From Balanoglossus misakiensis (lineage: Eukaryota > Animalia > Hemichordata), in the NCBI GenBank assembly GCA_040954595.2, contig CM082580.2, forward strand, positions 2,470,783-2,534,782: a DNA stretch of 64,000 nt. Direction: 5' to 3'. This document shows positions 38,031 to 50,650 of this stretch, piece after piece. Position 1 is the first letter of the stretch. Each line of letters opens with the position of its first letter. The position numbers and the translations under genes are program-made. The notes under the pieces are model-generated. The model saw nothing but the letters and a program-made list of their open reading frames with translations. It did no database searches and was not told the origin of the DNA.

Positions 38031-39933
38031 ATTGAAATTACTGTTACTGAAATGGCAGTTAACCAATGTACTTTTTGTAATGCCAATGACTGCACCTGTT
38101 CCCTGTCTTTTCCCTCTCCTTCACATGATGCAAGAGAAAGTGCTGCTCATGACTGCACACCCGTTAGCTTACAACAACATTCTCTGAATCCCCATGCTCA
38201 GGAATTCACACCGAAATCCCTGTCATCAACACCACCACATACAGACATCAACGATTTACAACTTCTCATCACGGCACACGATGATGTTCTCGATAGTGGT
38301 CTTCATAACTACCAAGGTATTAAGACACTAGTCAATACTAACCTTAAAATCCCTATTTGGCGTGCCAAACTCAAAAATTACCCCGACGCAGCCATTTGTG
38401 ATTTCTTAGAATTCGGCTGGCCCATTGGTTATACAAAATCACAGTTACCACATTCCACACATACCAATCACAAGTCCGCCATTCAGCATGCACTCGCAGT
38501 ACAAACTTTCATCAACAAGGAAACCAGCCTCGGTGCAACCCTTGGCCCATTCACTGAATCCCCCTTCAATACCAGACCATTATGTTTATCTCCACTCCAA
38601 ACTGTGGAAAAGAAAGGTTCGAATGGCAAACGTAGAGTTGTTTTCGACTTGAGCTTTCCTCCCGGTTTTTCTGTAAATGATGGCATTCCCAAAGATACAT
38701 ATTTGGATGCCCCCTTCTCGCTCTCTTATCCTGGAATTGATTCATTCACTGCAATCATCAAATCAAAAGGCCGCGGATGCGTAATGTTCAAACTTGACCT
38801 TCATCGTGCTTACCGTCAGATACCAGTTGACCCCGGCGACTACCACTTGCTTGGTTCCAAATGGGATAACAAATTATACTGCGATACTGTATTACCTTTT
38901 GAACTCCGATCTGCCTCCGTTGCCTGTCAGAGGACGACTAATGCGGTCTCCTTTATTTTTCACAAAGATGGTTACGACTGTGTCAATTACATAGATGACT
39001 TTGGTGGAGCAGATACTAGCAACAAAGCTTCTGAGGCTTTCACTCACCTTGGCACAATCTTGTCCGAGCTCGGCTTAGATGAATCGAAAGAAAAAGCCTG
39101 TGCTCCTGCAACAGAGATGGTTTTTTCTTGGCAGGCTCTTCAATACAGTTGACATGACTATCAGCGTACCACAAGACAAGATATCTGAAGTATTGCCCAT
39201 CCTGGACACTTGGATGGAGAGACGCCGTGCCAAGAAACGTGACCTGCAATCTCTTATAGGGAAACTTGCCTTTCTCGCAGCGTGCGTCCGCCCCAGCAGG
39301 GTTTTTATCGCCAGACTACTTAGCATCTTACGCAAACTTCAACGCAACCACCATCACTTTCACGTTAACAAAGAACTGAAGAAAGACGTTGATTGGTGGA
39401 GATATTACTTACCGCTGTACAATGGTGTGCCATACATACCAGAAGAAGACTGGTCTACACCTGATCAGATCCTGACAACAGACGCATGCCTACAAGGTGC
39501 AGGAGGCACATGCGGGAAAGAGTATTTCCACACCACATTTCCTGAGGCCATTACCGATCAGAATTTACACATTTCAGCACTAGAATTACTTGGTGTAGTC
39601 CTTGCCTGTAAATTATGGGCTGCACATCTCAAACATAAACGCATCCTGATCCAGTGTGATAACGAACCCACAGTCCACGGGATAAATTCCGTATCCTGCC
39701 GTGACCCCACAATGTTATCCTACCTGCGAGAATTGTGGTTTATCGCAGCAACACATTCATTCGAATTGAAATCTGTGCATATACCTGGTATTGACAACCG
39801 CACGGCCGACTTCTTGAGCCGTTGGTCCCTTTCCCCGTCCTTTCAACGACAATTTTTTACATTGACAAATACTGCAGATATGATCGACTGTCCCATCACA
39901 GATGACATGTACAACTTAACCCACTCATGGTAA
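38029..39933 (+). pseudogene. DIRS/Ngaro reverse transcriptase plus RNase H, frameshifted near 39120
   Basis: FLEFGWPIGY, RRVVFDLSFP, SVNDGI, KLDLHRAYRQI and NYIDDF in the RT; LQSLIGKL, TDACLQGAGG, ISALEL, CDN and HIPGIDN.TADFLSR in the RNase H. Confidence 0.92.
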
Positions 39934-40964
39934 TTTCCTATCACTCTGTTTCAGGAGGAATAAATAGTCACCCCCTATGTGAAGCCCTTAAGTCCAGGGT
40001 TAGTCAACGAGTAGCCTCCGCTTATGCACCAGGTACACTACGCAACCTGCAATCTCACTGGAAAACATATTTTTCCTTCTGTGTTGTCCTGAAGCTGACA
40101 CCAGTGCCGGCCTCACATGAGACTATTAACTGTTTTGTTGAGCTCCTTTCATCGACGATACACAACGTTGGTACACTTAAAAGCTACCTTAACAGTTTAG
40201 CCACCCTTCACGAGCTGCATAATTTCCCTCGGGCAGCGGTTCACAGTTTTATCACCAATTTACTGCTTCGCAGTATTGGCCGCAGTCACCCCCAATTACC
40301 AAAGCAAAAGCTCGCCATCACACCAGTCATTCTGCTGGACATCTAGAGGTTACTCAATTTGCACAACCCTCTCCACGTCACACTCTGGGCAGCCTTCCTC
40401 ACTGCCTTTCACTTGTTTTTAAGAAAATCAAATCTTGTCCCTCCCAGTGTGGCAGCCTTCGATCCCAGCATTCACCTGGCACGCCAAAATTTCCACTTCA
40501 CAACTACGGGTGTTGTTGTTGGCATTACATGGTCCAAAACTATTCAGCAACATGAACGTGTACTTACTATACACATAGCTAGTTTACCAGATTCACTGTT
40601 GTGTCTTGTTTCTGCCTTGAGACACATGTGCAGTTTCCTCCCAGCGACTCCCACTTCGCCTGCCTTCCTAGTGCCCAGCACAAGGGGTCTTGTCACCTTG
40701 ACCCACAGTACTTTCACTTCTAACTTGCACCAGCTTCTCCAACAAGCAGGGTTTCCCCCCTCCCATTATTCAGGTCACAGTTTCAGGCGAGGGGGAGCAT
40801 CCTGTGCCTTTTCTGCACATGTGCCCGGTGAGCTGATTCAGATACACTGTGACTGGAAATCACAAGCATACCTTTTGTACTTACAAATACCTTTTTCCAA
40901 ACGTCTCGAAGTTTCCACACGTATTAACCTTCTTCTCAGACAATTTTCAAATAGTGCACTTTAA
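39927..40964 (+). pseudogene. DIRS/Ngaro tyrosine recombinase with premature TAG at 40344-40346
   Basis: AYAPGT..N, LRKSNL (catalytic R), WSKTIQ, HSFRRGGA (H-x-x-R), CDWKSQAYLLY (catalytic Y region). Confidence 0.9.
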
Positions 40965-41588
40965 ATGTACTCGTATTATACTGCCTACAAGTGCTTTGGA
41001 TTATCTAAGTTGGAAAATAAAGTCATGAAAATAATGCAAAACGTGGCAACTCTAGAGGTTTAAATCAATTTGTACAGTAAGCCTAAAACTGCACGCATCT
41101 GCGTCATATGTACATGTATACGATTTTATAGACATATCCTTGTTTTGAATGGCTTTTAGTACCTGGGTCAGACACCAAGTATTCAAGTTCAGATCTCCAA
41201 CCAAATCTTTAATAATCATCCACTCACTTCAACTTCCAATTCCATTTCGAACTCCTCAAATGGTGTACATCACTCATATTTATATTGTCAAAATTCCATT
41301 AGTCAGCTTTCTTACAATGAGTCATCTTTTAAAATTAGAAAGTTCAATGCCTTCTACTTGATCATCCAATGTCCATCTCCAGGTCATACAATTCATAATA
41401 TTGTCGTAACATATGCTGTATCTAGGTAATAAAATTTCTACACCATTGCCGCTTGACTCCAACACGTGAGGTACGCTGTAATTTTGTGTAAACACCATTG
41501 CTACTTTTGGTTCCAGGGACCACAATAATGTTATTTATTACGTAACCAAACTACAGGCCAAAATGAGGATGTGTGAGGGCGTTACAGT

Positions 41589-42910
41589 ATCAGTACTTAA
41601 TACAACTCAGGGAGTGGCTGCTAGGTCAGGACAAACATGCGACATGTAAAGCATCAACTGTTGGGTTATGACACTTTCTCGCGGCATGTGTATGTTATCC
41701 TGGGCACGGTGAGACAGGGACATGTCCCAAATATCGACAAAGTGGAAACCCAGGCCGCCAAATATTCGCCTCACCATTCGGTTGATGTCGTGCAGCACCC
41801 AGTTGCTGCTGTGGACTGCCTGTGTTACCAAGTCGTTGTTGCGCGGGTGGGTCATCTTGATCATGACCTTGGCCCGGGGACATTGCGACAGCAGTCGCAC
41901 GGCCGCCGTTCTGCCGGCTACAAGCCTTTCTATGTACGCCCTGGAGGACCACGCCAGAAAATGGTAATTGATGTTCATGACCATGACGGCAGAGTTGCAC
42001 GATGTCTGCCTGATCTCGTCTAAGACGTCGGATTCAAACTGCAGGTCGCTGACTTTGCTAAATATACTGTTGCTTCCCGCCCGCATGGCGTGCTCGTGTG
42101 CGTATGTCGTGGTATTTTTACCCAATGTCAACCCCGATCTAGCGAACTTGAATTTGGTGCGCCCTGTCATCATGAAGACCAACTGGTTGTACCACTGCCT
42201 CATCGTCGAGTCGCCTAAAAACCAAAGTGTCCGGTTTTCCAAACATCGAAACATTTCCTCCTCGTCGAACTGTTTGACTTTACACGAGGAAAAGTTGTAC
42301 ACCATATCACTCTCCCAATAACCATCAAAGATTGGTACAGGAAGATCTGGTCCACACAGCGGTGGATCTGGAATGGACTTCTTCTGCGATACGTCACCTT
42401 TCCCGTTTGAACCTTAGAAGGCAAATACAGATAATATACGGTCTTACAAAGAAGATGACAAAGGGCATACGTTTACCAATCCTCCTCCTCCTTCTGTCGT
42501 ACGCCGTAGATTTTAACAAACAGATTATTGACGACCTGATGTCATATTATGATTGCAATCAGCGGACTCTCAAAATTGCGTATAGTATTGAGCGTACATG
42601 TATTAGTATTCAATGATCATACACACAAATCAAGATGGCGTCGCCAATTGTCGGTCCGAAATGTCCGGAATGCGTGTAGGCCTTCTCTCTTGGAGAAAAG
42701 AAAGGTGAAAATATATTTACCTTTTATCTGAATTGTGATCGGGTTGGCAGCAAATGGAACCTTCATGTAGTCACTGAAACGATAGCCATAACCTGTCCAT
42801 AAGAGACTAGGCGAATCTTGTTGCAAATGGTTTTCCTTTTCGTATTATTCTGTTTCTAAAATTGTTTAAATGCAGATTAATTCCTATGGTGTTTTTTGAA
42901 GAATTCCAAA
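41589..42910. repeat. 1.3-kb direct repeat, copy B
   Basis: Near-identical to 31176-32491. Confidence 0.95.
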
Positions 42911-44860
42911 TTATGGGAACTCATGACTTTATTTTCCAACTAAGATAATCCAAATAAGCTTGCTGATAGGTATACAATGTCAGTGAGCAGCCATCTGTCT
43001 TTTTTTTTTACGTCTAGGGTGTATGGAAAAAGAAGACATAGTGGATGCACACAATCAAAATACTAAAAGTGATATCAATATTTACAGCCTTGTATCAGTC
43101 CCTTCGATGCTTACACTGGCTCATTCATTCATTGTTTCTCACGCCAGTTTTCAAAGCGATCGCTTTACCTGCTGAAAAGGTCCATCTTTTCACTTTGGTT
43201 CATCATTTCCTCGGCACGTTTGTTCAAACCATCGACGTCTCCAAACACCGAGGAGAGATCCTGGCAGTCGAACTTCCGGGGACGCTGGCACAGAAATACT
43301 GTTTTACCGAGCGAGGCCGGGTTCCTGTACTCACACTGGTTTTCCCATGTGCCTTCGTTAACAGTGTGGCAGAACGTGTCCTCATTTCGCTCGTTTTCCG
43401 TTTCCCGCGCATACCGCGCTTTCCAGGCGATCCTGTCTTCTTGGCCCCTCACGTCTGTGTTTAACCAGTGAATCGCTTCCCTCGTGAAGTAGAGCACCAC
43501 TGTTATATTTGCGGGGCCCGACCACCCGGCGCCAAAGTAAACGCTGTATGTCCCGTTCCCGTAGTCGAAAACTCTCCCGGCCGTTCGGCGGTGCTCCGCG
43601 TCGTTGGACATAACGCAGAAGAAAAAATCGCCCCCTCGTCCACGCCGACGGCCATTTTTGTCCCTGGCCTCGATTACGAGGTGAATCAATTCCCCTTTGG
43701 TGAAAAACTTCTTATTTCCGTCCAGATACATACTGTGGAGTGATGATGAGTTTGGTGAGTGTTGACGGGTTTTTCCATATTGAGAGAATCATCAGTGAAT
43801 TGAATATGGAGACAGTTGGTGAATATGCAAGGGTCAGACACTAAAAGGCACCCCAAAACTTGGAGCAAATGTTAAAGGCCCGTAAGAAGCCATACGCAGG
43901 TAAAATAAACCCTTATCAAGACTTGTACACGTGCAGTCAACTGGGAAAATTCGTATATCCAGCGCCAATAAAATCTTTATGCTGTTGAAGCTATAAGGCT
44001 AGCATTCAATGCCCACGCTAGTAATTGTTATAAGTTCCACGAGAAAATTGGCCAGAAAATAGTACTAACAATCGTTAGTAGTTTGTATTATAATCCATAA
44101 AGGCTACAGTGGGCAGATTTGGAAATACAACTGTACAGATAGTTTTCGTCACAACAAAATACATTGTCGTATATACCAGTTTATACGCAGCGATTACACA
44201 CCTGCTTGAATTGCATGACGTAAGTCCTAGGCTACCATCGCCGATGGAATATGGCCTCTCTTTGGGGGAATTAGGACGATGATGTCCAGAGCTTTCACTT
44301 GCCCACAGCAATTCATCAACCACGCCTTTCCACTCCATTCCGTATTGAGAAAAGCTTTTGTAAGGAAACAGCAAGTCTTCCATCTTACCATGGATTGCTC
44401 TCTCAACGACAGTATCGCCCTCTACATCCTTTGCCTTTGGCACGCCTGTTTGCTCGCCCCTTCCCGTGTCTTCCGCCTCTTCGGAAGGTAATATTTCGAT
44501 CGTCGCCTTCTTCGGCGGCGTTGGCATTTTTGGCCTCAGTGTATTGAGCGCAACAGGTGCGCATGTCGGCGTAGCTTGATACAGCAAAGCGTTCTCTCGT
44601 GGGTCAATATCGGTCTGAAAATAAAAAGAAAACAGGCCGCATATATTGTATGATTCAATTAATGAAGTGAATGATAAATTAGAGCTCATTCAGAAGTGTT
44701 GAATAAGAATAAATAGAAATGCAATTTACGTCATACTCTGTTTTTGTTTTTTTTCACTTACCACACTTTTAAGGCAAATGCCGATACACATTCCCAGAGC
44801 AATGTAAAGTAGCGGATACAGTTTGTGCCTCACAGTCCGAAGGACTGTTCCAAGTGTCAT
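41607..44860 (-). CDS. NXPE family (neurexophilin and PC-esterase domain) type II membrane protein
   Basis: Exons 44762-44860 (signal anchor LYPLLYIALGMCIGICL), 44202-44614, 43169-43732 (IEARDKNGRRRGRGGDFF, GRVFDYGNGTYSVYF), 42721-42773 and 41607-42412 (FLGDSTMRQW; DIWDM...DNIHM, the SGNH-type GDS and DxxH motifs). Intron phases 0, 2, 2, 1 are consistent. Confidence 0.9.
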
Positions 44861-46555
44861 CTTCAGTTCTGTCGATAAATTGCACAGGGAAACAGTCATA
44901 GAACATCGACACGTCATCGTTGCGTTGGCCATGAACGCTCGCAAACGTCGGTACCAACATGGGTTCATGGCTCACATGAATGTCGAATGGAAACTATACA
45001 CCAACAGTCTCAAAACACGATGAAGAGAATTGCATGTATTACAAAACATCGCCATCAAGAAAGAAAGTGGTATATTACCAGTCCATGTATACTTACTGCG
45101 TTTGAGAAATATTTACCTCCCTTAAATTCACAAGTACAAATGTCTTTCTGTTTTGACGTGTGGCCGTTCACGTCGTATTATGATATGTTCGCTGTGGTTA
45201 TGCCAGCATATGGTAGACATATAGAAAATACAACATGTGACACACTAATGAGGATGTTAAGCAGCTTTGAGCAGCCTGATTAATGTCTCAGGCATTTGAG
45301 GCATTAGGCAGTTTAATTGTTGAGGGATTTGTCGAAACGAAACATGGTTACTGGCACATCTGGTTTTATTTATTTATTTTTGATATTTCAATAAAACTCT
45401 GCTCGGATGGAAAGAGGCTCCACATCTAGCTATTTTAATGTTTGTGTCATATGTCCTGGTTTGTTGTGAAGATTTCATAGTCATGTGATGTTTGGGGGGG
45501 GACTTTTCTCGCCCTGGCCGTATATTGCATCATGGATCTACATCGTTTGCGTGTTTCAGCACGATCCAACCACAATAAGTCTATACGAAGTAGCCAAAAT
45601 ACCGATAGATTGAGCCTTAAACAAACATGTCATTTTTAAATGACAACGGTGCGCGTGCAACGGTCGGTCTTGTGATCCGAGGACTTCAGATATGCCTCAT
45701 TTAGCGGATATTATTAAAAGTCATGCACGGTCGCAACCAAAGCACGCCGTGGAACTAAACAATGGGACTTCTTCAGTTTGAGAGGCCGTTCGGTCACGAG
45801 TTGATTATGTTATTAAATGAACCATTTTCGCGCTAATCAATGGGCCTGGTTTTGTTTGGAGTCAGCCAACACCGTGGAGGATGCGTTGATTTCTTCGGTG
45901 GACATCAGCGCGTTGGCCGCTCAAAACGTTACCCCCATAGCCGCTGTACAATATAGCTTTGTTTATGGCCACAATTGGAATGAGATCTGCTGTCGATTAC
46001 AACAATAAACGAAACGTGTCCTGTGGCCATAATTTTGCGACGTCATGCCTTTTTTTTCTTTTTTATCCAGTGTATCCCATCCTACGCGAATAATCGACTC
46101 AACAATGGTCCTCATATTTGTAAAGAAAGTTTGGAGCCTAACCCATATACGCCACCACCTGCGCATACGAGCGAATATTTGCTTTCTCGGCCGGCAAACA
46201 GTGCCTTTATCTATGATGTGACTTTTGGGAGATGTCTTTTCTATGGCGCATTTTCAAAGCGGGTACTTCTTTCATCGAAGACTAAACAAATGAAAAGTCG
46301 ATGCATGTTTTCACGCGCATATCAGAGATGTTACTGAACTTCGGCTTTTAACTTTATGGAAAGAAATGAGCGGCTGTAAGACAAACTCAGCAATGCTGAA
46401 ATTATTTACACCGCGGTTGCTAGTTTGACATCCGTTAAAATAACACCATTTAGCACTGGTTTTAGTGTGCAACACAGAGACAGATTTTCAAAACAATGAC
46501 AATAGTCCAAACATTCCACTTTTTCATATACTACTAAGTGTGTTAGGTAGGATTA

Positions 46556-46815
<260 letters not shown>

Positions 46816-48032
46816 GATTGCGGGAGTTGCGGCAACGGCATTGAGTTCCCAGTGTGCTAGAGTTACATGGGACGCCGTCAGTAGTCCGGATTTAACCGGT
46901 TATAACGTCTTATTTGGAGAAGACGGCACGGCCGACTTCCAGGTCGTTGGTCCCACCGTCACGCCAGGTCCGCTGACACCATCACTTGAGTTGGACGGAA
47001 GTGGGCGACGCGAGCAAAAATGGCGAGATTCTCGGCTATCGCGTGTACTACGGCGTCGATGGCACACCAGAGGGCCACCTGGAAAGTGCTGAAATTGTGG
47101 GCGAGGAGAATACGGCTGCAGACATCAGTGGACTGGGCGGCGGCACGCTGTACGGGTTTTCCGTGTTGGTTTACACGTCTGTGGGCGACGGACCGAAGAG
47201 CGATGCTACTTATGAGAGCACCTTTACTGTAACAACTATAACAGCGCCATCAACTGTGGTGAGAACATTTTTGACAACAGCGCCAACGACAGGTGAGTAC
47301 CGCACCACGAGAATATCTTTATATTTGTCTAATAACATCGCACCGAGGAAATACTGAAATTGCCACGAAAAAGCATCCCTTACATGTTTTGCCATTCTAT
47401 AAGTGAAATTTTCTGTAAGATGCGAATCATAACCAGGTGCGTCCTTTCCATACAGGCAACCGATGTGACGAGCATCCTTGCAAAAACAACAGTACATGTG
47501 TCGGAAATTCTGTGAAGTACACGTGTGAATGTACTGCAGCCTGGACGGGTCGTGAGTGTGATTTCGGTACGTATTAAGTGTGTAATAAAAAATAAACGTG
47601 TTTGTATGTTCGTTCGTTCGTTTGTTTGTTGTTTGCTTGTTTGGTTAGTTGGTTGGCTGGGGTTGGTGGGTGGGTGGGAGGTTGTGTGGGGCGGGGGTGG
47701 TTTGGATGGATGGACGGACGGACGAACGAACGAACGATCTGACTGATAAAGACGCACGAACGGATGGAGCAGCCAGCGAGGGTGGGGGTGAGGGAGGGAG
47801 GGAGGGATGGAACATCTAAACAGTAATTCCTGTTATAGTAATCACGCATTTTTATTTCCCTTCAGCAAACGACCAAGCACCAACGGCGGATGCTACTTAC
47901 ACGACTACCCTTGTTGTCGCCAGTGTTACAGCCACAATTATCATAATCGTCGCAGTGGCCGCCATTTGCGTGTACCTCTATAGCATCAAATGTGCTAAAA
48001 ACATAGTAACACCAGTGACGTCACAGGCGTAA
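46816..48032 (+). pseudogene. Fibronectin type III plus Thr-rich stalk plus transmembrane gene fragment
   Basis: FN3 motifs ALSSQCARVTW..GYNVLF and LSW.....KNGEILGYRVYY...ISGLGGGTLYGFSV.VYT.VGDGP.S lie in different frames. Donor after 47292. Terminal exon 47866-48032 encodes LVVASVTATIIIIVAVAAICVYLY and a short tail to TAA. No acceptor at the 5' edge. Confidence 0.7.
47606..47810. repeat. Degenerate compound tetranucleotide repeat (GTTC/GTTT/GGTT/GGAC/GAAC/GGGA)
   Basis: Seen directly in the intron. Confidence 0.85.
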
Positions 48033-48330
48033 ATGCCGCACGGGTACTAAGGTGCAGCCAGGAGGAGTGAGACACCAGCCCGCGTCTGGCCACAGGGTGC
48101 ATCGCCTAAAACAAGACAATTTCAGGAGTTACAGAGACGTACAGACTTGTCACGAATATTTCAGCATGTTCTGTGCATTTACGAAGCCTTTGTCACGCGT
48201 TTAATCATGATGGAACCAACGGATGACGGGGTACTTGGGAGAGGGGAGAACGTGGGGAAAATAGATAAAAATGCAAACGACTTCTAGAAAGTCGTGTTCA
48301 ATTGTAAATATTAGTACATGTATATCTAGT

Positions 48331-50206
48331 AAAGTGGATAAGGGTGGCTCCGTAATCGTCTGGAATAGACAAAATTACATCGATGTCATAAAGGATCACG
48401 TATCTGATATAAAATACTACCAGAAGGTTAGTAAAGACTTGACACCAACAATACATGCCAAAATTGTGAACCACGTCCAACATATGCAAACCAACTCCAC
48501 CATTTCGAATACAGAAGTTACGGCTGTTTGCTACAAAGACAATATATCGACACCATACTTACACGGTTTGGCAAAGTGGCACAAGCTTGAAGTTCCTGAC
48601 ACCAGTATTCATGTCAAACCTCCTATCAGGGCTATCATTTCACAGGTGAACAGTCCGACACAAAGAGCATCTATATGGCTTCACCATAAACTTATGGCTA
48701 TAGTACCCCGGTTTTGTAGTGACTTAGTTCAGGATTCCACAGATTTTCTACATCAACTTTATCAACTCAATTCAAGACAAATTTCAAGCTTGCCTGAAGA
48801 TAGTCTTCTGTTCAGTCTGGATGTCGTAAGCTTGTACCCTAATATCCCACACAAAGACGGACTAGAAGCATTGAAAAACGCTTTTGAAACATGCTCGGAC
48901 CTGAAGGCTAAGAACATCACCGATATAATTGAATTAGCAAACATCATCCTCCAGAATAATTGTTTTGAATTTCATGGAGAATACTACCTTCAAATCCACG
49001 GTACAGCCATGGGAACACCATTCGCACCGATGTATGCTAACATATTTATGACATGGTTTATGAAGAAAACACTCAACCACGAAAACCAACCACATTTTAT
49101 CAAACGCTTCATTGATGATCTACACGGTATTTGGACACTTGGTGAAGAAAAACTTCTGCTATACCATACCCACCTTAGCAGCATCCATCCATCTATTAGG
49201 TTCACACTGGAATATGGTAAGACAAACCAACATTTCCTCGATATGTCCACCAGTATCATTAATGGGAAAGTAGAAACAGATCTGTACATCAAACCCACCG
49301 ATAGCGGAAGATACTTGTCCCCATCTTCTCACCACCCTCGACACATCTTTAACAGCATTGTTTACAGTGGCATCATTCGACTACGCAGAATTTGTTCACT
49401 AGAAACATGGTTTGACCAAAGAGCAGCTGAATTCAAAGACAGACTCGTGAAATGCGGTTACCGTGCCGCCAAAATAACAGCTACAATAGATAAAGTACGT
49501 CACAAACCACGATCAACTCTGTTAAATTACAAGGAGAAACAGTCAACGGACAAAGTGGTTTGGGTGAGTGACTTCAACCCCAAACGACCAGACGTCAGGC
49601 AGATCGCGAAAAAACATCATGGAATTCTCAATCTTTCACAGAGAATGCGAACTGTTTCACCCACGCCTCCACTCATCGCGGAAAGAGTATGTGCGAATTT
49701 GAGTCAGCTTATTGTAAGACACAAACTAAAAGAACACATTCCGACTGAAAAAAGGTTCAGGACCCTGCAAGGACAGCAAATGCCGCATCATGTGTTCACA
49801 AATGGTTTCCACAAAAACAATTACTAGTCACACTAATGGTAAAACCTTCAAATTACATGGACATTTCGACTGTAATACAGAAAATGTTGTTTACTGTATT
49901 TTTTGTAATATTTGTTGTTGTCAATATGTCGGTCAAACCAAAAACAAACTTAGATTCAGAATGGTTGGACACAGAAGTATGATAAAATGTAAAAACAACG
50001 ACCCTGATAATCCAGCCCTATTTGTGAGCCAACATTTTAATCAACCCAACCACTCTGTTAAAAACATGAAAGTGGTCATCTTGGAATCGTTGTGTAAAGA
50101 TGATAAACACATCAGGGACATTACAGAAACAAAGTGGATTTTTTCATTGGACACTATGTATCCTAGGGGACTCAATAGAGAGTCACCCATACCTGCAATC
50201 TTGTAA
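48331..50206 (+). pseudogene. Penelope RT / GIY-YIG polyprotein with a single frameshift in the A6 run at 49748-49753
   Basis: DKGGSVIVW, IRAIIS, SLDVVSLYPNIPH, QIHGTAMGTPFAP.YANIFM, RFIDD and YIKPTD..RYL..SSHHP. After removing one A the frame continues KGSGPCKDSKCRIMC...NVVYCIFC..C..QYVGQT..KLRFRM..HR...E..WI..L.T.YPRGLN. Confidence 0.92.
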
Positions 50207-50600
50207 AAACCCGTTTAACGCATCTTTCGATATTTTATCTTATTTTGAGCTGTTTTTAGTAGGCGTTCATTTTATTCCATTTTTTACTATTTTAAGTTTT
50301 TGTTACAACAGTCCCTCCCAGCTTGGCTTTCTGTATATACACTCCAGCTATTTTTAGTCACTAGGTAATTTACACATCATAATTTTCCCGCATTTTATGT
50401 AAATCACCCCAACTGGTCAGTCTTACGTAACACCTACCATACATTCAAAATCTCTGTCAGTTCCACTTTGGCTCTCGGCAAGTGAGTACGTGTTCCTTTA
50501 CCTCCTATTCATTTTGGCGTATTTTAGTTTAAACCTCTTATTTTACACCATTTTTATATCATTTATTTGTTACTTTTACGCTTTGTCTCGTTTATTTCAG

Positions 50601-50650
50601 TTTTTACCCTGATGAAGTGGGATTAATCCCACGAAACGTCGGAAATAAAA
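50601..50650 (+). ncRNA. Minimal type I hammerhead ribozyme of a Penelope-like element
   Basis: CTGATGA (50609-15), stem II GTGGGATT/AATCCCAC, GAAA (50633-36), palindromic minimal stem III ACGT, GTC cleavage triplet (50638-40), and a short CC/GG stem I. It lies 3' of the PLE ORF, as is established for PLE hammerheads. Confidence 0.85.

Larger units (their letters stand above)
33405..41020 (+). mobile_element. Ngaro/DIRS-type tyrosine-recombinase retrotransposon, 5'-truncated, decayed and interrupted by a LINE
   Basis: Order is gag C-terminus, RT, RNase H, YR. No methyltransferase ORF lies between RH and YR, which is Ngaro-like. No terminal repeats recognised. Confidence 0.88.

Noticed and set aside
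41149-41525. Short ORFs between the YR and the NXPE stop
   Set aside because: Interrupted by stops with no motif recognised. At most an unidentified decayed fragment.
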